NCBI GenBank assembly: GCA_965240325.2
Contig: OZ251249.1
Span: 310,001 to 374,000, forward strand
Length of the DNA stretch: 64,000 nt
DNA from: Rebecca billardiae RCC1528
Taxonomy: Eukaryota > Protista > Haptophyta
Direction: 5' to 3'
Position 1 is the stretch's first letter; every line of letters starts with the position of its first letter. The notes beneath the pieces were generated by a model that saw only the letters and a program-made list of their open reading frames with translations, ran no database searches and had not been told where the DNA came from. The translations under genes and the position numbers were made by a program. Positions 32,624 to 45,200 of this stretch are shown in pieces.

Positions 32624-34031
32624 TCACAACAAGCGCCCCGCGCCACCGCCTCCACCGCCGCCACCGCTCCGCCCCGGCGGCCCGTCCTCGAGAAACGTGA
32701 CACTGCCGCCGCCGCTGCGTCTGCGCCGCGCGCTTTCGCTCTCCTGAGCGTCGCGGCCTCTGCGGCCAGCGCCGAGCCTGCCGAGCCCGCCCCATCGCAC
32801 GCGATGGCCGCCACTCGAGCCGCTCGCGGGCTTGCCCACGCCGCCGGGCGTGGGGCCCACGCGCTCGCGATGGCTGCTGGTGCGCGACACCGAGTGCCCG
32901 CTGGCCTCGGAGCCGCCGAACGCGGAGAAGGTTTTGGACGCGCGGCGCATCAGGTGCACCATCCTGTCGTTACCCACGCGGTTACCGAGCAGGCCAAAGG
33001 TCAGGATGTACTTGGTGTGCGGCCAGCCCTTCTTCTCGATGAACTTGGCGAAGCGGTCGAGGCCGCCCACGAAGAGCACGCACGTCAGCCCGGTGCACTC
33101 GGACGCCCAGAACAAATGGCCGAAATTAATATTGAGCGTGACGTGCAGCAACACCAGGGTGATGGTCTGCCAGCGGCGCGCGCGCCGTGCACGGTCGGCG
33201 CGCGGTGCGCGGACGGGCGGCGGTGAGCAGCGCTCGGGGCTGGCTGGCGGGTACGCGACCGGGCCCGCCCGCAAACGCGCGGGACGGCGCGCGCGCGCGC
33301 GCGCGCACGTTGGCGAAGGTGACGGAGCCGAGATAGACGAGCCAGCCGCAGATCGGGTGGAGGCCAAACTCGACCTCGCTGTGCACGCGCCGGTAGTACA
33401 GCCCGATCTTGTAGAGGTAGTTGTACGCGAGGATGGCGGAGCTGCAGAAGAGCGTCGTGGTGACCAGGTGCGCCACCGGCATGTAGTCCGTCGAGAACGT
33501 GAGGAACAGCCCGAACGACAACTCGTAGATGAACATCAGCAGGAAGGCGAACAGGTACCGATCGTCGTTCTCGTCGTCGCGCGCGACGTTCTCGAGGAAG
33601 GCCTTGAGGCCGTACTCGGACCAGGTCATGAGCGAGTTGCCCTTGAAGAACATCGCGATCGCGCCCGTCGAGTGCGCGTTCGAGATGTACGAGCTCAGCG
33701 TGTACCCGATCGGCACGTCGCCCGGCTCGGCCGGGTCGAGCCCGGGCGTCGCGAACGCGTCGAGGTCGGGCTCGCCGGTGGGAGCCCGCCTGTAGTGGCC
33801 GGGCGACCAGCGGGTGAGGGCGGGCATGCTCCAGATGAACAGGATGGGGAGCACCGTCACCACGATCGTGAGGTGCAGGTACAGCATCGAGCCGACCGTG
33901 TAGTCGTCCACCTTGAACGATTGCGTGCGCCGCAGCTCGGACGGCTTGGGCGGCGCTTCGAGGTCGGGCGAGAGCTTGCCATGGCGCGGCGAGGGCGCCT
34001 TGCTCGGCCAGACGCTCCCGAGCTGCACCAT
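32624..34031 (-). CDS. Multi-pass membrane protein, possibly Frag1/DRAM/Sfk1-like
   Basis: Several TM segments. Intron 33308-33167 joins VTFAN to TITLVLLH. YTLSSYIS, AHLVTTTLF and FWASEC motifs are loosely DRAM-like. Start may lie upstream (34133). Confidence 0.6.
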
Positions 34032-34304
34032 CTCCGAACCGCCGAACGGCCGCGCCCAAGTCACGAGGGCTGCTTGCTGGTTGAACAGCGCGCCGGCACG
34101 ACTTCGTCCGACGAAGCGCAAGCGTCCCTTCATCTCCAGATTAAAATCTCCATTATTCATCAGCAAGTACTGCCGGCGTCTGCTCGATCACACGGGAACC
34201 ACTGATGATTGGCACGCGCATTTCAAGCCAGGTGTCAAAGTGAGATACTACTGAGATGTTGACCGCCCAACCCCCTACATTTGGAATATTAGTAGGCACT
34301 AGAG

Positions 34305-34970
34305 AGTGAGTTGCAGCCGCCGCTGCACGCCGGCAGCGGCAGCTTCACGACCACCTTCAGACGTTCGCTTGGTTCGTATACCGGTAGCGGTGCGGACAGC
34401 GCTACAGCCTGCGTTGACAACTGCGCAGGGCACGCATCAAGCGCGCGCCCCTACTGTCTACTGAGCCTCGGACCGTGTAAGGCTGGTGGACGGCCGTAAA
34501 TAAACAGCTGCAGGCGAGGCCCGGGGCGCAGATCCAGTAGAGCAGCACTGATCTGCGCGCCGCCGCCGAGAGTTGCAGCAGCAGGGGCAGGCAGCCAGGT
34601 GCCAGCCGCGCAGGGCACGGCACGCATCAAAACAGTTACAGGCGAGGCCCGGTGCGCAGATCCAGTCGAGCAACGCCGTCGCAACACGGACCGGCGCGCC
34701 ACTCCGTCCGGAGGAGAGATGTAGAGAGTTGCAACCGCCGGGGCAGGTGACAACCGCGCAGGACACGCGTCAAGCGTGCGCCTCCTGAGCACCGGACATG
34801 AGAGCGGCCGTTATCAGTTGCAGGCGACGCCCGTCGTGCGGATCACTCGATCACTCGTCGAGCCGTCGGATCAATCGTCGAGCGTTACAGATCGGTCATC
34901 GGCCGCACGGTCGCGAGGTGCAGGCGAGGTGCAGGTGGAGGGCGGCCGTCGACAGTTGCAGGCGACAGGG
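34305..34970. repeat. Imperfect dispersed/tandem repeats, probable TE remnant
   Basis: AAACAG-CAGGCGAGGCCCGG-GCGCAGATCCAGT at 34502 and 34630 (128-bp offset). GAGTTGCA and CAGTTGCAGGCGAC recur. Confidence 0.6.
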
Positions 34971-35372
34971 CGTGAGCATCCTGCTCACACATCACCCCGA
35001 CGGTCCACACCCTCGGTCGCAGCCCCGCGGCGCCCGCGGTGGCATCTCGACCTCCCGTCACGGCGGTCAGCCTGGCCCGAGCGGGCCCCTCTACTTGACG
35101 AGCGAGTATCATCCGGCGGTTGCTGTTCAAATGAGCCGCCTAACTTGAGTCGCGTCGACAAGTGTGCACGTTAAAACATAGTAAACTGTAATCGATCGAC
35201 GGACCCTGATTGGCCCTCCATGTTTCGTCGAGAAGAATTTTCCTTCGGACGAACGGCAACTCGAGCGGAAAACATAATACATCGCGCAGCCATCACTCGA
35301 CAAAAGCGTACTCCGAATCTTTTCTTTCGAGGCCACTACGTGCGAGGACTGTCCCAACTGCAGGCACAGTGG

Positions 35373-35525
35373 GTAAAACTCGTCGAAACGATTGTTTGGC
35401 AAGTAAAACCCGGCGAACCGATGGTTTTTCGGAGTAACATCCGTCGAACCGTTGGTTTAGCGAGTAAAAACAGCCGAACCGATGGTTTTTCATAGAGAAA
35501 ACACCGAATTGTGGGCATTTTCGTA
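35373..35525. repeat. ~30-bp degenerate tandem array (4-5 copies)
   Basis: GTAAAA-CGAACCGATGGTTT-like units start at 35373, 35403, 35434 and 35464. Confidence 0.75.
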
Positions 35526-35934
35526 ACTAACCCGACATCTGTGCCGCGGATCCACTTTACACGATTAAGTAGAGTAGATCCGAACCGCTGGGTGGCACTC
35601 CGATCATATGGCGGCGCCCGTCGGCCGACGAACTTGCGGCGGCAGCTGACCGAGCGAGATGGCAACTGACACCTCGCGCAGTGCGGCGTGCGTCGCGCGG
35701 TTGCACTCGGCCAAGCTGCTGCAGCTGCTGCGTCGCCTGATCGACCAATCGAGTGCCGCGCGCAGCGGCTGCGCGATAGTCAGCTGATCCGGCAGGCTGC
35801 GCGGAATGAGTCACGCCGCTGCACTCTTGATACCGTAAGCAGCTAGAGTGCCGCGATCAGCCGCGAGCGCGCAGGGCGGCCGGCGCCACTCGTGCAGCAG
35901 TGTGTGTACGTATACATCAACATCCACGCGCGGC

Positions 35935-38860
35935 TCAGCTGCCGAAGACCGGCGCCTTCGTGAAGCCGAGCGCCTGCGGCAGCATTGCGCCAAACTTGAG
36001 CGGCTTGGGCGTCATCCACGCCGAGTCTCGGTGCATGCGCGACGTCATGAACGACGGCATGCGCGCGTCCTCCATGAAGCCCGCCATGCCCGAGACAAAC
36101 TCCTCGTAGTCGATCTCGCCTGCACAGGTGGGCACGCCCGCGCCGAGCCCAGCGCGCCGTGCAGGGGCGCGCGGGGTGCGTTCGGTCGGACGCGTGGGCG
36201 CGTGCTTGGCGCCTGGTGCCAGGCGCCGTGCGGCGGTGCGCGCGCGCCGCACCCGAGTTGTCCTTGTCCAGCTTGGCGATGACGTCGCGGATCTCCTCCG
36301 TCGTCAGCTGCAGCCCCATCGCCGCCATCGCCGCCCTGAACTCCGTGTGGTCCAGCACGCCGTTCCCGTTTGCGTCGAACGAGAAGAAAACACGCCGCAG
36401 CTTCTGAAGCTGCTCGCCGCGCGCGCGCCGCGTCTTGACGAGGTTGATGTCGCCGTCGGCGATGGTCGCCCAGGGCTGCGCGCCGGCGCGGAGGGGGGCG
36501 GGGGTTGGGGTGGCGGCGCGTGAGCCGGGAGGCCGCGCCGCCGACTCGCCCCGCGCCGCCGCGTCAGCGCGCGCGCGCACGGCGAGGCGCGCGGCTCGGC
36601 GGCGCCGAGTCCGCACGGCGCGGCGCGCGGCGCGGCACACGGCGCACCGTCGGCAGCGCGGACGGCCCGAGCGGCACGTCGGCCAGCGAGGCAATCTTGG
36701 AGCCGATCCGCGCGCGGTCGAGGAAGGGCTCCGAGAGCGCGATCTGCCGAAACTTGCCCACCTCGATATAACGGTCGTACGAGGCGGAGGCGAGCTTGGG
36801 GTTGATGCCGCCGAGCACGTTGGTCGCCTGCAGCGGGGTTAGGGTTAGGGTTAGGCGTTAGGGTTAGGGTTAGGGTCAGAGGTTGGGGTTAAGGTTGGGT
36901 TGGGGCGAGACCCAACGCCCGTCCGCGCGTGTGCGCGTCGGCGTTGGCGGCGTTGGGTGTGTGTGTGCAAAGTGGTGAGCGGGGGCGTGGGCGCGCGCCG
37001 AGGCGAGGATTGTGCCAGCAGCAGCAGCAGCCCTCCACCGTCGAGAACACCCGCCCCTCCGGCGGCCACACACACACGCACGCACACGCACACATGGAGC
37101 ACGCGCACAGCGCACGCGCGCGCAGCACCGCCCGGCCACACGCCGCGCCCACGCGCACGCGCCCACCTTGATCTTCCCCTTACGCACGCAGCCGTCGAGC
37201 GTGGCGCGCAGATACTCATCGTCTACTTGGACCGAGGCCATCGCGAGCCGGCGCTCGAGGACGTCGCGGTCGATGGTGCCGTCGCGCTCGCCCTCGGTGG
37301 CCTCGAGGGTGGAGAGCATCCGCCCGATCGCGCGCCGCGTGCGCTCGCGCGGCGGCAGCCCCGCCACCAGCCCCGGCGTGTGCTGCCCCTGCTCAGCTAG
37401 AAGTTGAGCCACGCCCGCACGCCACCCGCCGCCGCCAGCGTCGGAGTCCGCGTCTGCGCCGCCGCCGTCCGCGGCGGCGGCGGCGTCCGCCGCGTCGTCT
37501 GATGACGCAGCCGCCGCACCGGCGGCACCATCCTCGGCCGCCGCACCCGCGCCGCCATCCGCTGCGGCCTCAGCGGCGGCGGCGGCCGGCTCAGCGCCAG
37601 CCGACGCCGCGCCGCAACCGTCCGCGCCCGCGTCCGCGTCCGCCGCGCCCGCGCCGCCGGCGGTGCCGCCCACCGCTGGCTGCGCCGACGCATCCGCCTC
37701 GACACCGGCCGGCGCGAGCGCACTCGCGCCCGCCGCCGCGCCTCCCTCCTCGCCGCCCGCAGCCCCGCCGCCACCCGCGCCACCGCCGCGCCCCTTGTGC
37801 TGCGTGCGCGCGCGCGCCATCGCCAGCGCCTTGGCCGAGTGCATGTCGATTTCGTCAATCTCGGGGAGTCCGGGGCCGGCGCTCCCGGACTTGGGGCGGG
37901 CGCGCCGCCCCGCGAGGCCCGGGCGCGGGAGCGCGCCGAAGCTCGCGGCACTCGCCTCGCTCGCGCGCGGCGAGCCCACGCGCACCATCGTCGCGCCAAA
38001 CGGCGTGCCCGCGCCCGAGCGAGACAGCGGCGCGCCGCCCGGCGCGCCGGCCGCGCCCGGCGCGCCGCCGCCGCCACGCCAGCCGATGGCGGGCAGTGCT
38101 GAGGGGGTGGTGGCGCGGAGGATGGCGGCGTGGCGCGCGCGGCTGCCGCCGGCGTGCGACGAGGCGGTGCGCGGGCGCGAGCCCACGCCACTCGCGCCCG
38201 CCTCCGACCTCGGCCCGCGCACGCTCCCCGCGCCGCTCCCGCCGCCGCAGCTGCCCGGGCCGCCGGCGCCGCCGCCGGCGCCACCGTGAGCGGCGAGGGC
38301 GGCGCGCGTCGGCAGCGTGTGGCCGTGCGTGACGCCGGCGGCGTTGATCGCGTCGACGAGCGCGGCGCGCTCGCCGTGCTCCTTCGCGCCGCTGCCGCCG
38401 CCCAGGTGCGACGCTACCTCCGCCGCGCCCGCGCGAGTGATCGACGCTGTCGGCGCGAGCGCCGCCGAGCCCGCGCGCAGCAGCGTCGGCGGCGGCTGCG
38501 GGCCGCCGGCGCCGCCGTCCGCGCCGCCGTCCGCCGCGGGCGCGGCGGCGGCGGCGGTGGGGTGCGGCGCGCCGGCGCCGAGGCCACCGCGCGAGCTCGG
38601 CCGCGCCTGCTGCATCCGCAGCGCGCCGTGCGGCGTCGTCACGCGCGAGGGCGGCGCGTGCGGCGCGCGCGGCGCGCGTTGTGATGCGGAGCGCGGTGCG
38701 CGGCGCGACGCGCCGGCGTCGAATGAGAACTCAGAGATGGTGGCGGCGCGCGTGGGCGGGTCGGAGCGCGCGTCGGATCTGCGCGCCGCGGCGAGCGCTG
38801 CCTCGGTCAGCTCGTTGAACGCGCCCGACGTCGTCTCGTGGAGAGGCGCGAACTGTCGGC

Positions 38861-38906
<46 letters not shown>

Positions 38907-39231
38907 GGGCGGCGCGGCCGGGCGCGCGCGCGCACGGCCCAGCGGCGTGAGTGCGCGCGCGAGCGTATGCGCGAGCGCACGGGGCAGCATGACCACGCCG
39001 GCCTCACGCCCCTTCACCCCCGCGCACGCCTCCCCGCACGCGCACACACGCGCCCTGCGACATGGCCCGGCACCCGGCCGAGCGCCGAGCGCGCGCGCGG
39101 CGCGCGCGCACCTCCCGCAGTTGCTGGCGCAGCTCGTGCAGCTCGTCGCTGAGCGCAGCCGTGCGCGACTTGGCGCCCGCGAGCTGGAACGCGAGCTCCT
39201 CGAATGGCAGGTCCGCCAGCGGCGGTGCCAT
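35935..39231 (-). CDS. EF-hand calcium-binding protein with N-terminal coiled coil and long low-complexity linker
   Basis: Proposed exons 39231-39112, 38852-37167, 36827-36648, 36475-36253, 36119-35935. EF-hands FDANGNGVLDHTEF and LDKDNSG/EIDYEEF. Confidence 0.8.
36838..36902. repeat. Interstitial telomere-like (TTAGGG)n inside intron
   Basis: GTTAGGGTTAGGGTTAGGCGTTAGGGTTAGGGTTAGGG..., just upstream of the intron acceptor on the minus-strand gene. Confidence 0.9.
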
Positions 39232-40328
39232 CGCGGCTGGCCTGTGAGGCTGCCCGCGAGCGAGCAGCAGCTCGCGCGGCTCGGCGGAACTGATAACGTC
39301 AGCTCGCTGAGCAGCTGCAGATGAAACGTCATCTCGTGGTCGGTGTGGGGCCATTTTCTTTTGCCGCGGGCCGAAAAGTGAGACCCTTGAGAAAATGCGG
39401 CCCATGAATCAGCATGGCGGTCGCCGCAGCGTGCGCGTGTGTCAAGGGTAGGGAGGGCCGTGCCGCTGCCAGCCGTGCCCATCGGTGCCGTTCGGCCGCA
39501 GCCGCAGCCGCAGCTGTGCTGACCGCACGCTTCTCACCGACTCTCGAGCGCCAAGCCCCCCGTCGCACCGGGGCGCGCCCGTCAGCCGGCGTCGCTGACC
39601 CGGCGCCCGGCACCGCGCGGCAGACCACGCCTGTTACATGATGATGAGCCTGCCCCGCTACTGCGAGTGCGAACCGCAAACTGCCATCAGCGATTCAGCG
39701 GTCATCATGCTCGCGTGCGCACGTGCCGCCACGCGGCCGTGTGCATCCTACCCGTACCAGCCAGGCCACCCACTCAGTCACCACTCGTCGCCCGTGCTGA
39801 TCGGGCGCGCCCCGGTCCGCGATCATGACGCGCGGGACTCGGGGCCGCCACGCGGCCGCCGGGATCAGCCGCGCTGCTGCTGCTAGAAAGCCGCCAGCCG
39901 GCACGCCCGGCCAGGCGAGCGCCTGTTACCAGCACGCTGCGCGCTCCTCGGCCCGTGGAGCACGCAGGCGATGCATCCACGACGCTCCGGTCAAGAGTGC
40001 CAAGACGCATGGCGCTCCGCCAATTCATCATCGCGTGTCCGCTCGACATTTATTTCGTCGGCGGGTTGCTGGTTTTCATACTTCCGGCTCCGCAGTCGGC
40101 CAATCAACGAGCGCCATTTGCGGGGCCGACTCACTGGCCGAGGCGCCGAGCGACAAAACGAGCGCGCGCCGACCAATCAGCGCGCGAGTGTGGCGCCTTT
40201 CCAGCTTCCACCTATCTGCGCACGGTGCACGGTTGGTTCTGGGAAGCGGTGAGCAGCTTGGAGCAACCGCCCCGCGCGCCGCGCGGAGACAGCACCCACA
40301 CCGCACACACACACCCGCAGCGGCGGCG

Positions 40329-41321
40329 ATGCTCGACATGAGCAGCCATCACAAGAGGCGGCAGCAGAACAAGGTGGAGAACCAGGAGGAGAGCATCAAC
40401 CTCGTCGCCGTCAGCGCCGCCCAGCCCCGCGCGCAGGAGGCCCAGGAGGAGAAGGCGGCGACGGCGCTCGCGAGCGCGTGGCGCGGCCACGCCGAGCGCA
40501 CCTCGCACGACGAGCTCGACGCGCACGCGCCCGACAACGCGCACCCCGCGCTGCACGACGACCCGGCCAAGCCCGCCTCCAAGTTCGGCTCGTCCAAGTG
40601 GGGCGCCGTCCGCCGCCGCTCCAACCCGAACACGGGTGCGAACATGGTCGAGGCGACGGCCAAGTCGGAGCCGAAGAAGGGCAACCCGGCGGTGGTCGGG
40701 CTGACGGGCTTCGCGATGACGACGCTGCTGCTGCAGCTGCACAACCTCGGCGTGTGCGAGATCGGCCCCGTGCTCGCGCTCGGCATCATCTACGGCGGCT
40801 TTGCGCAGCTGGTCGCGGGCTTTCAGGAGTTCCAGTGCGGAAATAATTTCGGCTACTCCGCGTTCGTCTCGTACGGCGCGTTCTGGATCTCGTTCGGGAT
40901 CATCCTCTTCCTGAACCACCTGGGCGTGTACGCGGCGAGCGACACGGACATCGGCTGCTACCTCGCGCTGTGGGGCGTGTACACCGCCATCATGTTCCTC
41001 GTCTCCTGGCGGATCCACACGATGATGAGCGTCACGTTCCTCACGCTGATGCTGGGATTCTTCGGGCTGGCAATCGCGCACCTGGTGCACGCGCCGTGGC
41101 TGACGACGCTCTCGGCGATCGACCTGATCTTCTGCGCGCTCTGCGCCTGGTACATGATGCTCGCCGCCCTCGTCGAGCAGACCTTTGGCGGTCCGGTGCT
41201 GCCGCTCGGCCGCCCGTGGATCTCTGATGCGACGGCGCTGCGGCTGCGCGGCGAGAAGGACGTGACGCTGGGGCAGCTGGTGCGCAAGGTGGCGGCGCTC
41301 TCGAGCACGCACAAGACGTAG
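40329..41321 (+). CDS. GPR1/FUN34/YaaH (SatP/AceTr) acetate channel with N-terminal extension
   Basis: GNPAVVGLTGFAMTT, YGGFAQLVAGFQEF, NNFGYSAFVSYGAFW, six TM segments, and C-terminal VLPLG. Confidence 0.92.
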   Translation: MLDMSSHHKRRQQNKVENQEESINLVAVSAAQPRAQEAQEEKAATALASAWRGHAERTSHDELDAHAPDNAHPALHDDPAKPASKFGSSKWGAVRRRSNPNTGANMVEATAKSEPKKGNPAVVGLTGFAMTTLLLQLHNLGVCEIGPVLALGIIYGGFAQLVAGFQEFQCGNNFGYSAFVSYGAFWISFGIILFLNHLGVYAASDTDIGCYLALWGVYTAIMFLVSWRIHTMMSVTFLTLMLGFFGLAIAHLVHAPWLTTLSAIDLIFCALCAWYMMLAALVEQTFGGPVLPLGRPWISDATALRLRGEKDVTLGQLVRKVAALSSTHKT

Positions 41322-42228
41322 CGGGAGGCGGCTGTGCGGGCCGGGCGCGAGGCAGGCGCGCGCGCGCGGCCCGCGCACGGCGGCCGCCCGCCGGCCGCGG
41401 CCGGAGGCGGCGCGGCGGCGGCGCGGTCACTCGCGCGCCTGCCTCGGCCGGGCGCGGTGGCGTGCGTGGCGGCCGGGCGGGCCCTAGGGAGGTTGGACGG
41501 CGCGTGGAGACTACGCCTTCGCGGTGGAGGGCGCCGCGTGCAGCTCGCGCGGCGCCCGAGTCGCTCGGCGTCGGCGCGCCGCAGTCGGTGCAGCCGGTGT
41601 GACCCGCGCCAGACGGCTGTCAGCTGGCGCTGCGCGGCGTGCGGCGAGTGGTGCACGGCGGCCGGCTTGGCCCTGGTGGCGGGCCAAGCTGCTGCTGCCC
41701 GAGCCGCGGCCGGCTGCGGCCGGCGCTCGAGGCCGCGTGGCGCCGCCGACCCGCGTCCGCGGTGATGGCGGGGTGATCCGCGGACCGTGACCGCCCGGAC
41801 CGCCGACAGACCGCGGCGGATCCGCGGGGCCCGCGATCCGGGCGGCGATCCGATGACCGATTGGCGATTCCGGCCGCCATCACTGACACTGTGATTGATC
41901 AGTGGAGAGTCCATGGCAAGGCATGCTTAGGCGTGATTCGTCGTCTACTACTGCTAGTAGCTGCCACTGACGACGGGCCCGGGTCGGGTGCGCCATCGCC
42001 AGGATCTCGACGGCTGCCGCGGCATCACTGTTTGAGTCACTGCGCCACGGACCCTTGGTCCGGGGGAGTACTCACCCCCCTCCCGCCTCCGCTCCGGATC
42101 CGCAGCTTGTGCAGCGGCCAGCGCGGCTGGAAGAGTCGCGAGACGACGAGTCCGGGGCTATCCCGGACCCGTGGCCGAGGTCGCTGACCTCCAGCGCGCG
42201 CGCTGGCCGCTGGCCGCGAGCGAGCACG

Positions 42229-45200
42229 ATGGGCGAGGCTGACGAGCCGCCCGTCGACCTCTTCGCGGGCGAGGCTCGGCGCCTGCGGATCGACGAGCAC
42301 GAGTGCGCGCGCCGCGCGCCCCCGCCGCGCGCGGCGCGCGCGCGCCGCGTGCGCCCCGCGCCAGCTGGCTGCCGCGCGCGCGCGCGGCCGCGCGCGCGGC
42401 CGCGGGCAGTGCGCGCATGCCGCCGCGCGCGCGCACGCCGCACGCGCGCGCGTGCTGACGCGCGCCTCCTCGCGCGGCGCGCGCGCGCACGGCCCGGCGC
42501 GCAGTGACGTGCGCGCGCGGCTGCGAGCGCTCGCCTCGCAGATCGAGTGGCTGCAGCAGGGCCGCTCCGTTCTCGACTGGCGGCCGCCGACGCCTCCGCC
42601 GCCGCCTCGGCCGATTTACTCGGCGTCGGACTCAGAGGACGAGGAGGGCGAGGAGGGCGACAGCGACGACGAGTCGGACGGGGAGGAGGACGGCGGGTCG
42701 GCGGACGGCGGCGGGCGCGGCGCCGAGCAGGACGAGCCGGACGGCGCGCGCGCCAAGCCCGCCGCCCGCGGCGCCGCGGCCGCGGCCGGCGCGCGCCGGG
42801 CGATAGTGGATGCGAGTGACGGCAGTGACGACGAGGAGGAGGCGGCGGCGGAGGCGGGCGGCGAGGGCGAGGAGGGCGAGGAGGACGACGACGAGGAGGT
42901 GTCCTCCGATGACTCGGACGACGACTCGGACTCGGACTCGGGCTCGGAGGAGGCGGAGGCGGAGGCGGAGGCGGGCGCGGCCGGCGGCGGCAGCCGCGGG
43001 CGGGGTGGCGGCGCGGCCGCGCGCGGGCGCGGCGCGCACGGGCGCGGCGGCGCGGGCGCGGGCGCGCGAGGCGGCGGCGCCGTGGCGCGCGGCGGCGGCG
43101 CCGGCAGCAGGGGCCGCGGCGGCAGCGGCGGCGGGCGAGGCGGCGGGCGCGGCCGCGGGCGCGGCGCCGGCGCCGAGCCGGCGCAGCGGCCGCAGCCGAC
43201 GCGCGTCAACGGCCCTCGCGCGGCGCGGCCGCCGTCCGGGGCGGATCGCGCGTCGACGCTGCGCAGCCGCGCGGCGGCGGACGACGCGCCCGCGCCCGAC
43301 GGCGCGCCCGCCGCGGGCGGCGGCGCCGTCGGCGCCGTTGGCGGCGGCGGCGGCGTTGGCGGCGGCGGCGGCGCGGCCAAGCCGCCGTCCGCCGCGGCTG
43401 CTGTGAGCGAGGCGGAGAAGGTGCAGTTGCTCCGAGCAGACCGGTGCAAGATCGAGCACGACGGCGCGCTCGCCAAGCTGCGCCGGCTCTCGCGCGTCAC
43501 CGCCGAGCCGCTCGCGCACCGGTGAGCGCGCCGCGCCGCGCGCCGCGCCCTGCGCCGCGCGCCTCGCGCCGTCTCGCGGCCGCGCCGCGCGCGCGCACAA
43601 CACGCACGTGTCGGCTCACGCGCCGCGGCCGCGCCCGCCGCCCGCCGCCCGCCGCCCGCCGCCCGCGCGCAGCCCGCGCACGCACCGCAACTACCTGCTC
43701 GAGGAGATGGCGTGGCTCGCCAAGGACTTCTCCGACGAGCGCAAGTGGAAGCTCGGGCAGGCGAGGCGCGTCGCGCGCGCCGTCGCCAAATGGCACGAGG
43801 ACTCGGAGCGGCGGCGGGAGAAGGCAGCGGCTGATGTGCTCGGCGCGCAGCGGCGCACGGCGGGACGCATCGCGCGGCACGTGCGCGCGTTCTGGGCGCA
43901 GGTGGAGCGCATCGCGGTGTGGAAGCACGAGATTGTCGTCGCGAAAATCCGCGAGCAGACGCGGCAGAAGCAGCTGGACTTCCTCGTCGGTCAGACGGAG
44001 CGCTATTCGTCGCTGCTCATGCAAGACATGCAATCTGCTGCGCCCGGCGGCGGCGCGGGCGCCGGCGGCGGCGCGGCGGATTCGGGCGGCGGGCGGGGCG
44101 ACGCGCCCGCCGCGGCGCCCGCGGCGGACGCGGCGGACGCGGGCGCGGCGCTGGACGGTGGCTCGGGCGCGCGCGCGCCGCCGCGCCGGCGCACGCGTGT
44201 CTCGGGGCGCGGCGCGGACGAGCCGCTGCTCGAGCTGCCGAGACTGCCGGATCGCGCGGACCGCGCCAAGCGCTCGCGGCTCGAGCGGCGCACGGGCACG
44301 CCGCCGCGGCCGGGCGCCGCGCCCGCGGGCGCGCCGGCCGCGCGCGGCGCGCGCTCCGAGCGCGGTGCGGGCGGCGACGACGCGACGTCGGGCGCGGCGG
44401 CGGAGGAGGAGGAGGAGGGCGCCCACGGCGCCGCCATGTCTGAGGGCGAGGACGGCTGCGGTGACGTCGCGCCGCCCGCGGGCGCGCCGCCCGCCGCCGC
44501 GGGCGCGCCGCCGGCCGGCGGCAGCGCCGACCCGCAGGCCGCGGCGGGCGCGGCGGCGGGCGCGGCGGCGCCGCCGGCGCCGCCGCGCGGGGACTGTCTG
44601 ACCGGCTTCGAGCCCGGCGCGCTGCCGGCGGGACTGGAGCGCGCGGCGGGGCGCATGCCGCCGCGCGCGCTCGGCGCGCCCGCGGGCGCGCACGAGCGCG
44701 ACGCGCCGGCCGCGGCCGGCGCGCGGCGCGAGCCCGGCCGCGGCCGCGGCCGCGGCCGCAGCCGCGCCGCCGCCGCCGCCGCCGACTCCGCCTCCGACGC
44801 CGACGACGACGACGACGGCGGCGAGGGCGCGCGCCTGGCCGAGCTGCCCGAGGGCGAGCGGATGCAGGTGAGTGCGCGCGGCGCGCGTGGCGCGTGGGGC
44901 GGCGCGTGGCGCGTGCGCGCGTGGCGCGCGTGGCGCGTGCGTGCGTGGCGTGTGGCCGGCCGGCCGGCCGCGTGCGCGCCCCTCTGACCTGCGCGTGCCA
45001 CGCACTCCGCTGCTGCTTGCGGCTGCGGCTGCCGCGCGCGCGTAGGCGGCTGTGGACGCGGCGGCCGCCTCGATGCCCACGGGCCACACCCTCGCCACCA
45101 CGCGCACCAAGGTGGCAGTCCCGCACCTCATCCGCGCCACGCTCCGCGAGTATCAGCACGTCGCGCTCGACTGGCTCGTCTCGATGTACGAGAAGAACCT

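Noticed and set aside
36838-36902. Chromosome end or misassembly at TTAGGG repeats
   Set aside because: The tract is short and inside an intron, with coding frame continuing on both sides.
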